The notes under the pieces: model-generated
Databases searched by the model: none
The model's input: only the letters and a program-made list of their open reading frames with translations
What the model was told of the DNA's origin: nothing
Shown here: piece after piece, positions 19,058 through 27,284 of the stretch
How positions within the stretch are numbered: position 1 is the stretch's first letter
Layout: each line of letters opens with the position of its first letter
Program-made: the position numbers and the translations under genes
Assembly: GCA_031422725.1 (NCBI GenBank)
Contig: JANPMI010000223.1
Span: forward strand, 973-64,972
Length of the DNA: 64,000 nt
Direction: 5' to 3'
Source: Chitinophagaceae bacterium
GTDB lineage: Bacteria > Bacteroidota > Bacteroidia > Chitinophagales > Chitinophagaceae

Positions 19058-20866
19058 ATGAGTGAAGCAATGAATGTACATTCCGGAGTGGCCACCGCAC
19101 ATGCAGCACATCATGATGAGCATCATGGCCATCACCACCAATCCTTTATTACGAAGTATATCTTCAGTCAGGATCATAAAACAATTGCCAAACAGTTTTT
19201 GATCACCGGTATTATATGGGCTATTATTGGCGGTTTATTTTCTGTATTGTTTCGTTTGCAGTTGGGTTATCCTGAACAAAGCTTCCCGATTCTTGAAACT
19301 TTTTTTGGTAACTGGGCCAAGGGCGGACAGATACAACCGGAATTTTATTATGCCCTCATCACCATGCACGGAACTGTACTCGTATTTTTTGTATTGACAG
19401 CCGGCCTGAGCGGAACTTTTGCCAATTTTCTTATTCCATTGCAGATTGGTGCAAGAGATATGGCTTCTCCGTTTCTGAATATGCTTTCTTACTGGTTTTT
19501 CTTTATGGCCAGTGTGGTAATGATTTCTTCCCTGTTTATTTCAACCGGCCCTGCTTCCGGCGGATGGACCGTGTATCCGCCATTGAGTGCATTAGGGCAG
19601 GCAGCAGAGGGCTCCAAACTGGGAATGGATTTGTGGATAGTCAGTATGGCCCTGTTCGTTGTATCATCATTATTGGGTGGCCTTAATTATATCACTACTA
19701 TCCTTAACCAGCGTACAAAAGGCATGAGCATGACACGGCTTCCGCTGACGATCTGGGCCCTGTTCTTTACCGCTGTACTCGGAGTTTTATCATTCCCTGT
19801 GTTATTATCCGGCTTAATCTTATTGTTATTCGACCGCAACCTCGGTACCAGTTTCTATTTGAGTGATATTGTCGTAAATGGTGAAGTACTTCCGAATGAA
19901 GGAGGCAGTGCCATCCTGTTCCAGCATTTGTTCTGGTTTCTTGGTCACCCGGAAGTGTATATTATTCTGCTGCCGGCGATGGGAATGGTATCCGAAATAT
20001 TATCGGTGAACAGCCGCAAACCCATCTTTGGATATATGGCGATGCTGGGTTCTTTGTTTGCTATTACTATTCTCGCCTTCTTGGTTTGGGCGCACCACAT
20101 GTTTGTCACGGGATTAAACCCCTTCCTCGGTTCGATATTCGTACTATTAACACTATTGATTGCGGTGCCGTCGGCCATTAAAGTATTTAACTGGTTAACG
20201 ACTCTTTGGAGAGGTAACATACGTTTTACTCCGGCAACATTATTTGCCATCGGATTTGTTAGTTTATTTATATCTGGTGGATTAACAGGTATCTTCCTGG
20301 GGAACTCAACGATAGATATTCATTTACATGACACTATGTTTGTGGTGGCTCACTTCCATATTGTAATGGGGGTGGCATCCTTCTTTGGCATGTTTGCCGG
20401 TGTGTATCACTGGTTCCCGAAAATGTTTGGCCGTTACCTTAACAGTACGCTGGGCTATATCCATTTCTGGGTTACCATGGTTGGTTCTTATCTTATTTTC
20501 TGGCCGATGCACTACCAGGGTCTTGCTGGTATTCCACGTCGTTACTTAGATAAAAGAGGCTGGGTTTCTTTCAATGATTTTCCGGAACTGGATAAAATGA
20601 TCACCATCGTTTCTATTATAGTATTTGCTGTGCAGTTGATGTTTGTGTTCAACTTCATCTATTCTATTTTTAAAGGTAGAAAAGTAACAAACCTGAATCC
20701 CTGGGGAGCTAATACACTGGAATGGACAACACCATTGCGTCCGGGTCATGGTAACTGGGAAGGAGAAATTCCTGAAGTGCACCGCTGGCCGTATGATTAT
20801 GCTAAAGACGGAAGAGAGTTTATTCCGCAGACAGAACCGGTTGGGGAGAATGAGAGTAAGCATTAG
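19058..20866 (+). CDS. ctaD: cytochrome c oxidase subunit I
   Basis: 602 aa with heme-copper oxidase signatures (WFLGHPEVYIILLP, HHMFVTG, VAHFHIVM). His-rich N-terminus HAAHHDEHHGHHHQ. Confidence 0.95.
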   Translation: MSEAMNVHSGVATAHAAHHDEHHGHHHQSFITKYIFSQDHKTIAKQFLITGIIWAIIGGLFSVLFRLQLGYPEQSFPILETFFGNWAKGGQIQPEFYYALITMHGTVLVFFVLTAGLSGTFANFLIPLQIGARDMASPFLNMLSYWFFFMASVVMISSLFISTGPASGGWTVYPPLSALGQAAEGSKLGMDLWIVSMALFVVSSLLGGLNYITTILNQRTKGMSMTRLPLTIWALFFTAVLGVLSFPVLLSGLILLLFDRNLGTSFYLSDIVVNGEVLPNEGGSAILFQHLFWFLGHPEVYIILLPAMGMVSEILSVNSRKPIFGYMAMLGSLFAITILAFLVWAHHMFVTGLNPFLGSIFVLLTLLIAVPSAIKVFNWLTTLWRGNIRFTPATLFAIGFVSLFISGGLTGIFLGNSTIDIHLHDTMFVVAHFHIVMGVASFFGMFAGVYHWFPKMFGRYLNSTLGYIHFWVTMVGSYLIFWPMHYQGLAGIPRRYLDKRGWVSFNDFPELDKMITIVSIIVFAVQLMFVFNFIYSIFKGRKVTNLNPWGANTLEWTTPLRPGHGNWEGEIPEVHRWPYDYAKDGREFIPQTEPVGENESKH

Positions 20867-20870
20867 GGCA

Positions 20871-20905
20871 GAGTTGGGAGTTGTTAGTCAGGAGTGAGGA
20901 GTCAG
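20871..20905. repeat. five tandem heptamers GAGTNNG, starting 5 nt after the coxI stop codon
   Basis: gagttgg|gagttgt|tagtcag|gagtgag|gagtcag. The reverse complement (ctgactc...) belongs to the same word family as 8471-8498. Confidence 0.7.
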
Positions 20906-20953
20906 AGACTTTCAAATATAAAAGATCTTTTTTACTTCATATGTTTTGACGAA

Positions 20954-21069
20954 AACCCCGGAGGGGTTGAATGTGAATAGCATCGGGTGAAACCCGGAGA
21001 AATGAAAGCGACAAATGTATTTGAACCCCGTAGGGGTTCAATGTGAATAGCAACCGGGTGAAACCCGTT
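20954..21069. repeat. two tandem copies (70-nt period) of a double-hairpin element
   Basis: Copy 1 (20954-20997): aaccccggaggggttgaatgtgaatagcatcgggtgaaacccgg. Copy 2 (21024-21067): aaccccgtaggggttcaatgtgaatagcaaccgggtgaaacccgt. Each has hairpins aacccc-NNN-ggggtt and cgggt-gaa-acccg. Confidence 0.8.
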
Positions 21070-21290
21070 GCAAATAAAAAACAGAAAGTGAATTTTTGAA
21101 AGTGTGGGAACAGTCGCAAATGCTCATCCGTGTTAATGTCGTATAAGTGTGCGACGCAACGAAGATGATAGTAGTACAGATGTTGGGGACATAAAAAATA
21201 GAGGTGATTGCTTCGGCTTCGCCTCGCAAGCGGAAGCGGATGAAGAAGGTTAAAGATTATTTACAATTAGTATAGCTTTCGCTGAGTATC

Positions 21291-22121
21291 ATGGTGGTGT
21301 TCAGCAGTGTGATAAGTTTTTTGCTGACACAGGGGTCTGACAGTTATGTGAACAAATGGAAGATGATACTATTGCTCTTTGCAGGTGGGATGCTGGTAAC
21401 AGGCAGTGCCAATGCCATTAACCAGGTAGTTGAAAAAGATACGGATGCGATGATGAAGCGGACAGCAAAACGTCCTGTCGCTTCGGGCCGCATGAGTGTA
21501 ACGGAAGGATGGGCTTTTGCCATTATTACTGGTGCACTGGGAGTGTTTATCCTGGGAAATTATTTCAACTGGCTGGCGGCAGGATTGGCAGCGTTTAGTT
21601 TGTTTCTCTACGCATTTATTTATACGCCGTTGAAGAAAGTAAATTCAATCGCAGTATTAGTAGGTGCAGTGCCGGGGGCATTGCCTTGTTTGATTGGCTG
21701 GGCAGCAGGTGATAATAACCTGGGAACCGGCGGTTGGGTTTTGTTTGCGTTTCAGTTCTTTTGGCAGTTTCCTCATTTTTGGGCCATTGCCTGGGTGTCG
21801 CACAAAGATTATTCAACAGCAGGGTTTAAGTTGCTGCCTGCAAATGAAGGGCCAACAAAATTTACAGCGATGCAGACAATTGCTTATTCGCTGCTGCTGG
21901 TGCCGGTTACGATAGCACCTTATTATACCGGGATGTGTAATTATAATAATACACCGGGAATAATAAGTTTGATACTGATTGGCCTGGCAAATTTATTTAT
22001 GATTGGAAGATGTGTGACATTATATAGAAAGATGGATGTGGGATCGGCAAGAAAAGTGATGTTTGGAAGTTATATGTATTTGCCGGTGGTGATGCTGGCC
22101 TTTTTACTAAGTAAGTCGTAA
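21291..22121 (+). CDS. cyoE: protoheme IX farnesyltransferase (heme O synthase)
   Basis: UbiA-family motifs NQVVEKDTDAMMKRTAKRPVASGRMS. The ORF starts inside what looks like TM1. An upstream in-frame segment is cut off by TAG at 21273 (see findings). Confidence 0.85.
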   Translation: MVVFSSVISFLLTQGSDSYVNKWKMILLLFAGGMLVTGSANAINQVVEKDTDAMMKRTAKRPVASGRMSVTEGWAFAIITGALGVFILGNYFNWLAAGLAAFSLFLYAFIYTPLKKVNSIAVLVGAVPGALPCLIGWAAGDNNLGTGGWVLFAFQFFWQFPHFWAIAWVSHKDYSTAGFKLLPANEGPTKFTAMQTIAYSLLLVPVTIAPYYTGMCNYNNTPGIISLILIGLANLFMIGRCVTLYRKMDVGSARKVMFGSYMYLPVVMLAFLLSKS

Positions 22122-22134
22122 TAATATTGTACTG

Positions 22135-22707
22135 ATGGATATTGTGAGTAATCAACAACGAAAAAAAATTCATCCTCACAAGTTTACTTTGTGGGTGGCG
22201 ATTGGAAGTATCCTGATGATGTTTGCCGGTTTGACAAGTGCTTTTATTGTAAAAAGCAACCAGACAAGCTGGATACCTGTGGCCATACCAAAAGTATTCT
22301 GGCTATCTACGGCTGTTATTATTGCCAGCAGTATAACAGTGCAAATGGCTTTGCGTTCTTTTAAGCAACGGGAAATGAATCAATACAGGCTGCTGATTGG
22401 AATAACGCTTTTGCTTGGAGCAGGTTTTTTATGGTTGCAATGGATAGGATTCGGGGATTTGTGGGCACAGCAAATAACCCTGAAAGGATCTGGTGCCGGA
22501 CAGTTTCTTTATGTGATTTTTGGATTACATGCTATTCATGTAATTGGCGGAGTGATTACTTTATTAGTAATGTTTATTAAAGCTTTTGCAGGTAAAATAA
22601 AATTGTATAGCTCTGTACCTGTGGAAGTGGCAGCAACCTACTGGCATTTTGTGGATGTGTTATGGATATACCTGCTGTTATTTTTTCTGGTTATTGGCGG
22701 AAGTTGA
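22135..22707 (+). CDS. cytochrome c oxidase subunit III family protein (short form)
   Basis: 190 aa, five TM helices, C-terminal YWHFVDVLWIYLLLFF motif typical of subunit III. Confidence 0.8.
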   Translation: MDIVSNQQRKKIHPHKFTLWVAIGSILMMFAGLTSAFIVKSNQTSWIPVAIPKVFWLSTAVIIASSITVQMALRSFKQREMNQYRLLIGITLLLGAGFLWLQWIGFGDLWAQQITLKGSGAGQFLYVIFGLHAIHVIGGVITLLVMFIKAFAGKIKLYSSVPVEVAATYWHFVDVLWIYLLLFFLVIGGS

Positions 22708-22756
22708 GTTGTAAATAATATTAAACGGATATTTTTTAATTTGGAATTTTAATAAT

Positions 22757-23632
22757 ATGGCTACACCGGCAACAGTACATCAGACCAAATGGTGGAGTGG
22801 AGGTAAAAGTCCCTTTAACCTGGAGTATGGCAAAGTGATGATGTGGTACTTTTTAATGAGTGACGCTTTTACGTTTGGTGCATTTCTGATATCGTATGGC
22901 TCCATTCGTTTCAGCCAGAACTTCTGGCCCGATCCAAATGTGGTGTTCAATGCTTTTCCGGGTGCAGGGCATGCCAACCTTCCATTGGCTTTTGTGAGTG
23001 TAATGACGTTTATACTGATCATCAGTTCTGTTACCATGGTGCTGGCCGTACATGCCGGACACAAAGGAGATAGGAAGGGTGTAATGAAATGGATGGTGTG
23101 GACTATCATTGGTGGCCTCGCATTCTTAGGTTGCCAGGCATGGGAGTGGCATCACCTTCTTACCGGCGAACATGCTGTGCTTGTTGATGGTAAAATTGAA
23201 ATGGTTGTCCAGAACATGAGAGGCAATCCCTGGGGTGAACTGGTAGAAAATAATACAGCCATTACCGCAGCATTAAATAATACATCACATCAAACACTGG
23301 TACAATTGGTACATGACCATAGTCATTCACATACAATGGCGGAACTGGCAGCTATGTCAGATGCACAGCTGCGGGGCATGATGGATGTAGCAGAAATGCA
23401 TGTGCGGGAAAAAGGGCCGGTGGCATTTGGTGGTTATTTCTTTGGCATCACCGGTTTCCACGGTTTCCATGTATTCTCCGGGGTTATTATCAATATTATA
23501 ATGCTGATTATGACGCAGAAAAATATATTTCAGAATAAAGGCCATTACCTGATGATTGAGAAAGCTGGTTTATACTGGCACTTTGTGGATTTGGTTTGGG
23601 TATTTGTATTCCTTTGTTTCTATTTGATATAA
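22757..23632 (+). CDS. cytochrome c oxidase subunit III family protein (long form with a soluble insertion)
   Basis: GFHGFHVFSGV and YWHFVDLVWVFVFL motifs. An approximately 90-aa hydrophilic insert contains HDHSHSH. Confidence 0.8.
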   Translation: MATPATVHQTKWWSGGKSPFNLEYGKVMMWYFLMSDAFTFGAFLISYGSIRFSQNFWPDPNVVFNAFPGAGHANLPLAFVSVMTFILIISSVTMVLAVHAGHKGDRKGVMKWMVWTIIGGLAFLGCQAWEWHHLLTGEHAVLVDGKIEMVVQNMRGNPWGELVENNTAITAALNNTSHQTLVQLVHDHSHSHTMAELAAMSDAQLRGMMDVAEMHVREKGPVAFGGYFFGITGFHGFHVFSGVIINIIMLIMTQKNIFQNKGHYLMIEKAGLYWHFVDLVWVFVFLCFYLI

Positions 23633-23654
23633 ATAAATAAAGTACTAGTGTAAT

Positions 23655-24122
23655 ATGGAACATACATCAACAGTATCACCGGAAGTAACTTTTGAACAGC
23701 ATCATTCCGATGAGGAGTTTAAAAAAAGAGTAAAGAAGACAACTATTCTTCTTTCTGTTATTACAATAATAGAGCTGGCCATCGGTTTAACTATTTATAG
23801 CCTGAATAAAGGAGAAGCTAACAGGGATTTCCTGATACTTGCTTTCAAAGGAATAGTTTGTATCCTGACGTTGGCTAAAGCCTATTACATCGTTTCTGTT
23901 TTCATGCACCTGGGTGATGAAATCAGGAATATGATTATGACCATTGTGGTGCCGTTGATGCTTTTCATCTGGTTTATTATCGCTTTTATTTATGAAGGCA
24001 ACTCCTATAAAAACCTTCGTAATAAATACGATCCGTATTTTAAGGAATCTACAATGCCGAAAGAAAAAGGAAAAACAGAGAAACCTGAGGAGCAACCTGT
24101 TAAGAAAAGTGGCAAAGAATAA
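23655..24122 (+). CDS. cytochrome c oxidase subunit IV-like small membrane protein
   Basis: 155 aa, three TM helices, located immediately after the subunit III genes. Lys/Glu-rich tail. Confidence 0.6.
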   Translation: MEHTSTVSPEVTFEQHHSDEEFKKRVKKTTILLSVITIIELAIGLTIYSLNKGEANRDFLILAFKGIVCILTLAKAYYIVSVFMHLGDEIRNMIMTIVVPLMLFIWFIIAFIYEGNSYKNLRNKYDPYFKESTMPKEKGKTEKPEEQPVKKSGKE

Positions 24123-24147
24123 CCAGGTATATTATTTATATAGAAAC

Positions 24148-24189
24148 AAAACCATTAAACCGCTTTCTGGGTTAATGGTTTTGTTTTTT
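24148..24189 (+). terminator. intrinsic terminator after the oxidase structural genes
   Basis: Stem aaaaccattaa(a)cc / ggttaatggtttt with loop gctttctg, followed by gtttttt. Confidence 0.7.
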
Positions 24190-24269
24190 AGAAAATCTCA
24201 ATCTGTGCAGGAAACAGCAGGCTGTGTTAAAGGTGAAGTCTGATTAACGGGAGAATAAAAATTGAAACA

Positions 24270-25067
24270 GTGAACAAGAAAGCTCTATATGCGGTAATGC
24301 TGGCAATGTTGCTGCCATTGGTTGCATATTTTATTGTACGGCAGAAAAGTGAAACGGCAGTAGCGATGCCCCGGCATTATTTTCCGGACTCTTTAGTAAA
24401 CATAACTAAAAAAGGGAAAAAAATAATTGATACAGCCTGGCACCAGGTGGGAGATTTTACATTAACCAACCAGGAAGGAAAAAAAATTTCCTGGGATGAC
24501 CTGCGGGGCAAAATTGTTATTGCCGATTTCTTTTTTACGCATTGTCCTACTATTTGTCCGGGCCTTACCCGGAATATGAAACGGCTCGCAGAGTCTCTCA
24601 ACAATGGAAAAAGGGTAGGAGACAAAACAAACAAAAGGGTTCATTTTCTTTCTTTCAGTATTGATCCGGAAAGGGATTCGGTGGAGAGATTAAAATATTG
24701 GGCAGACCGTTTCCAGGTGAACCCGGAACAATGGTGGCTGCTTACCGGCAGCAAGAAGGAAATCTATGACCTGGCGATTAATGAAATGAAGATTGGTATC
24801 GTGGATGGAAAGAACGTTGATACCAATTTTATACATACCGATCATTTTGTATTAATTGACAGCAACCGCCATGTGCGGGGATATTATCATGGACTTGACT
24901 CTGCTTCCCTGGGAAAATTGTCAAAAGACCTCGTATTGCTGACGATGGAAAAAGATCCCAAAGAAAAAAGTTTCTTTGATGGGAAATTAGAACTGATGGC
25001 TATTGTTTTTCTATTGGCCATACTGGGAGTGGGATTGCTTTTATTTTTTATCAGAAAAAAATCATAA
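24270..25067 (+). CDS. SCO family copper chaperone (Sco1/SenC)
   Basis: Thioredoxin-fold CPTICP motif, N-terminal TM plus an additional C-terminal TM. GTG start. Confidence 0.85.
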   Translation: MNKKALYAVMLAMLLPLVAYFIVRQKSETAVAMPRHYFPDSLVNITKKGKKIIDTAWHQVGDFTLTNQEGKKISWDDLRGKIVIADFFFTHCPTICPGLTRNMKRLAESLNNGKRVGDKTNKRVHFLSFSIDPERDSVERLKYWADRFQVNPEQWWLLTGSKKEIYDLAINEMKIGIVDGKNVDTNFIHTDHFVLIDSNRHVRGYYHGLDSASLGKLSKDLVLLTMEKDPKEKSFFDGKLELMAIVFLLAILGVGLLLFFIRKKS

Positions 25068-25069
25068 CG

Positions 25070-25654
25070 ATGCTGCCTGCTGCCTGGAAAAAGAATGATA
25101 AAAAAGCAAGGATATTTATTTTCCTTTTTTCTGCCATTGTATTTACAGCTGTGGTGGTACTCAGCCGGGTAAAATTAAGTGTCAACCTGGGTTTTGATGT
25201 GCACCTGTTTGCCAAGGCCAATGCGGTTATCAATTCTTGTGTGGCCGTGTTATTAATTGTTGCATTAATTGCTGTGAAAGCAAAAAACTACAAGCTTCAT
25301 AGAAATATAATGCTGACAGCGATGTTTTTATCTGTTCTTTTTTTGGTGAGCTATATCTGTCATCACCTGTTTGCCGGGGAAACCAGGTTTGGTGATGTGA
25401 ATCATGATGGTATTGTGAGTGAGGTGGAGAAAGTAGCTGTGGGCAGCAGCCGGATGATTTACTATATAATACTTGGCACACATATTCCGCTTGCAGGTAT
25501 CATCCTTCCTTTTATTCTTTTCTCTGCTTACCGTGGATTGACAGGCGAATATGACAAACATAAAAAATTAGTACGCATTACCTGGCCCATCTGGTTTTAT
25601 GTAGCGGTGACGGGGGTGCTGGTGTATTGGATGATTAGTCCGTATTATAGCTGA
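25070..25654 (+). CDS. DUF420 family membrane protein (CtaM-like oxidase assembly factor)
   Basis: 194 aa, 4-5 TM helices. It starts 2 nt after the SCO stop, and family placement is by overall pattern and context. Confidence 0.7.
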   Translation: MLPAAWKKNDKKARIFIFLFSAIVFTAVVVLSRVKLSVNLGFDVHLFAKANAVINSCVAVLLIVALIAVKAKNYKLHRNIMLTAMFLSVLFLVSYICHHLFAGETRFGDVNHDGIVSEVEKVAVGSSRMIYYIILGTHIPLAGIILPFILFSAYRGLTGEYDKHKKLVRITWPIWFYVAVTGVLVYWMISPYYS

Positions 25655-25923
25655 CACCCGGCTTCCTTGTCAGCGCAGATAATCACTTACTTTTTCCTGA
25701 ATAAATTTCTTCACTGATGCCCATGTCTGGTTTTTCAGGCTGATGGGTTCTTCGGTTTCTTCCGCATCTATAAAATAAGTGAGTACAAAAGGAACAGAAA
25801 CCAATAACTGGGATAAAAAAACTGAATTTTGCCAGGCATGAAAAGTTTGGAGCATTATCTGTTCCATCTGATTTTATGTGACAGTAGAGGGGTCGTGGTG
25901 TATTGTATTAGTCCGAATTATGG

Positions 25924-26313
25924 TTAAAAACCGATTTCCTCCACCGGGTCCCAAAACAGTTCTTTAAAATCAACCACCTGGTCGTTCTTTACTTTAATAC
26001 CTTCTTTCTTTAATAATTTTTCCATATTGCCGGGAGGTGAGAAATGATGCTTGCCGGATAAGATGCCGAGGCGGTTTACTACACGGTGTGCAGGTACTTT
26101 TGGTTTTATTCTTCCTGCTCCATTCATAGCCCAGCCCACCATACGGGCAGATGATTTGGTACCAAGACAGGCAGCAATAGCACCATAAGAAGTAACCCTT
26201 CCTTTTGGTATTTGCCGGGCTACTTGAAACACCAGCTCGAAGAAATTTTCGTCTCTTTTGCCGGAAGGTTTTACTGCCTTTAGCTTTTCTGATGATTTTT
26301 TTGAGACAGGCAT
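25924..26313 (-). CDS. MGMT-family DNA-binding protein lacking the catalytic cysteine (alkyltransferase-like, ATL)
   Basis: VTSYGAIAACLG...RMVGWAMN...VPAHRVVN: the canonical PCHRV site reads PAHRV here. Confidence 0.75.
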   Translation of the reverse strand: MPVSKKSSEKLKAVKPSGKRDENFFELVFQVARQIPKGRVTSYGAIAACLGTKSSARMVGWAMNGAGRIKPKVPAHRVVNRLGILSGKHHFSPPGNMEKLLKKEGIKVKNDQVVDFKELFWDPVEEIGF

Positions 26314-26328
26314 GCTATGAAGATAAAT

Positions 26329-26517
26329 CTATTTCTGATTTCCCTTTTCCTGTAAGAGAATAGATTTTTTTGGCTCAGGAACACTTTCATACTTATAAGG
26401 GCAATGTTTGCAGCCATTACCACAGCAGAACCCTTTATCAAGATGGTATTGTTCTGTCAGAACAATATACCCATCTTCATTGATGTAATAATGTATGCCC
26501 TCAGTCAGTTCCTTCAT
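26329..26517 (-). CDS. small cysteine-rich protein (DUF5522-like)
   Basis: 62 aa with GFCCGNGCKHCPY. It overlaps the trmB stop by 17 nt, which suggests translational coupling. Confidence 0.55.
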   Translation of the reverse strand: MKELTEGIHYYINEDGYIVLTEQYHLDKGFCCGNGCKHCPYKYESVPEPKKSILLQEKGNQK

Positions 26518-27211
26518 GCCCCTTTAATATTTGTTTTAGTTCGTCGTCTTTTTCTTTGCCTCGTAAATTTTCCGGCAAAGAGAAACAGAGATAGTGGATG
26601 CGGTTACTTCCGGCAATGTCTAATGATTCGTAATGTGTTTTAATTTTCAATTCTTCCCCAATTCCTTCTTCTTTATATACATCACCCAGATCCTTATGCA
26701 AAGTGCAGCCATATAATTCAATAACTAATTTGGTGAAAAGGTACAGATCCGGGCTGTCTGTTTTCAGATGTATTAAACCACCGGGGACGAGAAATTGTTT
26801 ATAAATGCGTAAAAATCCCGGATGAGTCAATCTTTTTTTTGCTTTTGACCTCCGCAGTTGTGGGTCAGGGAAAGTGATCCAGATTCCGGCTATTTCATCT
26901 TTTGCAAAATATTCGCCGGCCCTATCAATTTGTGTCCGCAGAAAAAAGACATTAGAAAGATTTTCCTGCAATGCTTTTTTGGCACCTGCCCAGATGCGGT
27001 TGCCCTTCAGGTCAACCCCAATTAAATTGGTATGAGGATATAACCGGGCAAGCCCAACAGCATATTCACCTTTGCCACAAGCCAGTTCAAGGGTAATGGG
27101 ATTTTCATTGTTGAAAAACTTCTTCCATTTTCCGGCGGTATCTTTTGGAAATTGCAGCACATTAGAAAATGTATTTAACTCTTCAAACCGGATTAATTTT
27201 TTTTGCCCCAT
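26501..27211 (-). CDS. trmB: tRNA (guanine46-N7)-methyltransferase
   Basis: LELACGKGEY (SAM-binding), FPDPQLRRSKAKKRL, LKTDS. Confidence 0.9.
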   Translation of the reverse strand: MGQKKLIRFEELNTFSNVLQFPKDTAGKWKKFFNNENPITLELACGKGEYAVGLARLYPHTNLIGVDLKGNRIWAGAKKALQENLSNVFFLRTQIDRAGEYFAKDEIAGIWITFPDPQLRRSKAKKRLTHPGFLRIYKQFLVPGGLIHLKTDSPDLYLFTKLVIELYGCTLHKDLGDVYKEEGIGEELKIKTHYESLDIAGSNRIHYLCFSLPENLRGKEKDDELKQILKGHEGTD

Positions 27212-27284
27212 CGGCGGCGAAGATAAATTAAATTTTATCCGGAAGTAAAAGCAAGCAATGGGCAGCTTTGTAAAACCGGTTACC

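Noticed and set aside
20954-21069. Possible CRISPR array
   Set aside because: There are only two repeat copies, the variable sequence between conserved cores is only about 26 nt, and no cas genes are present in the window.
20937-21229. Minus-strand ORFs of 60 and 63 aa in the coxI-cyoE spacer
   Set aside because: They run across the 70-nt tandem repeats, whose two copies fall in different frames. This is inconsistent with selection on a protein.
25670-25867. 65-aa minus-strand ORF downstream of the ATL gene
   Set aside because: It has no recognisable motif, TM helix or signal, so it cannot be supported from sequence alone. The 74-aa ORF at 48172-48396 is rejected for the same reason.
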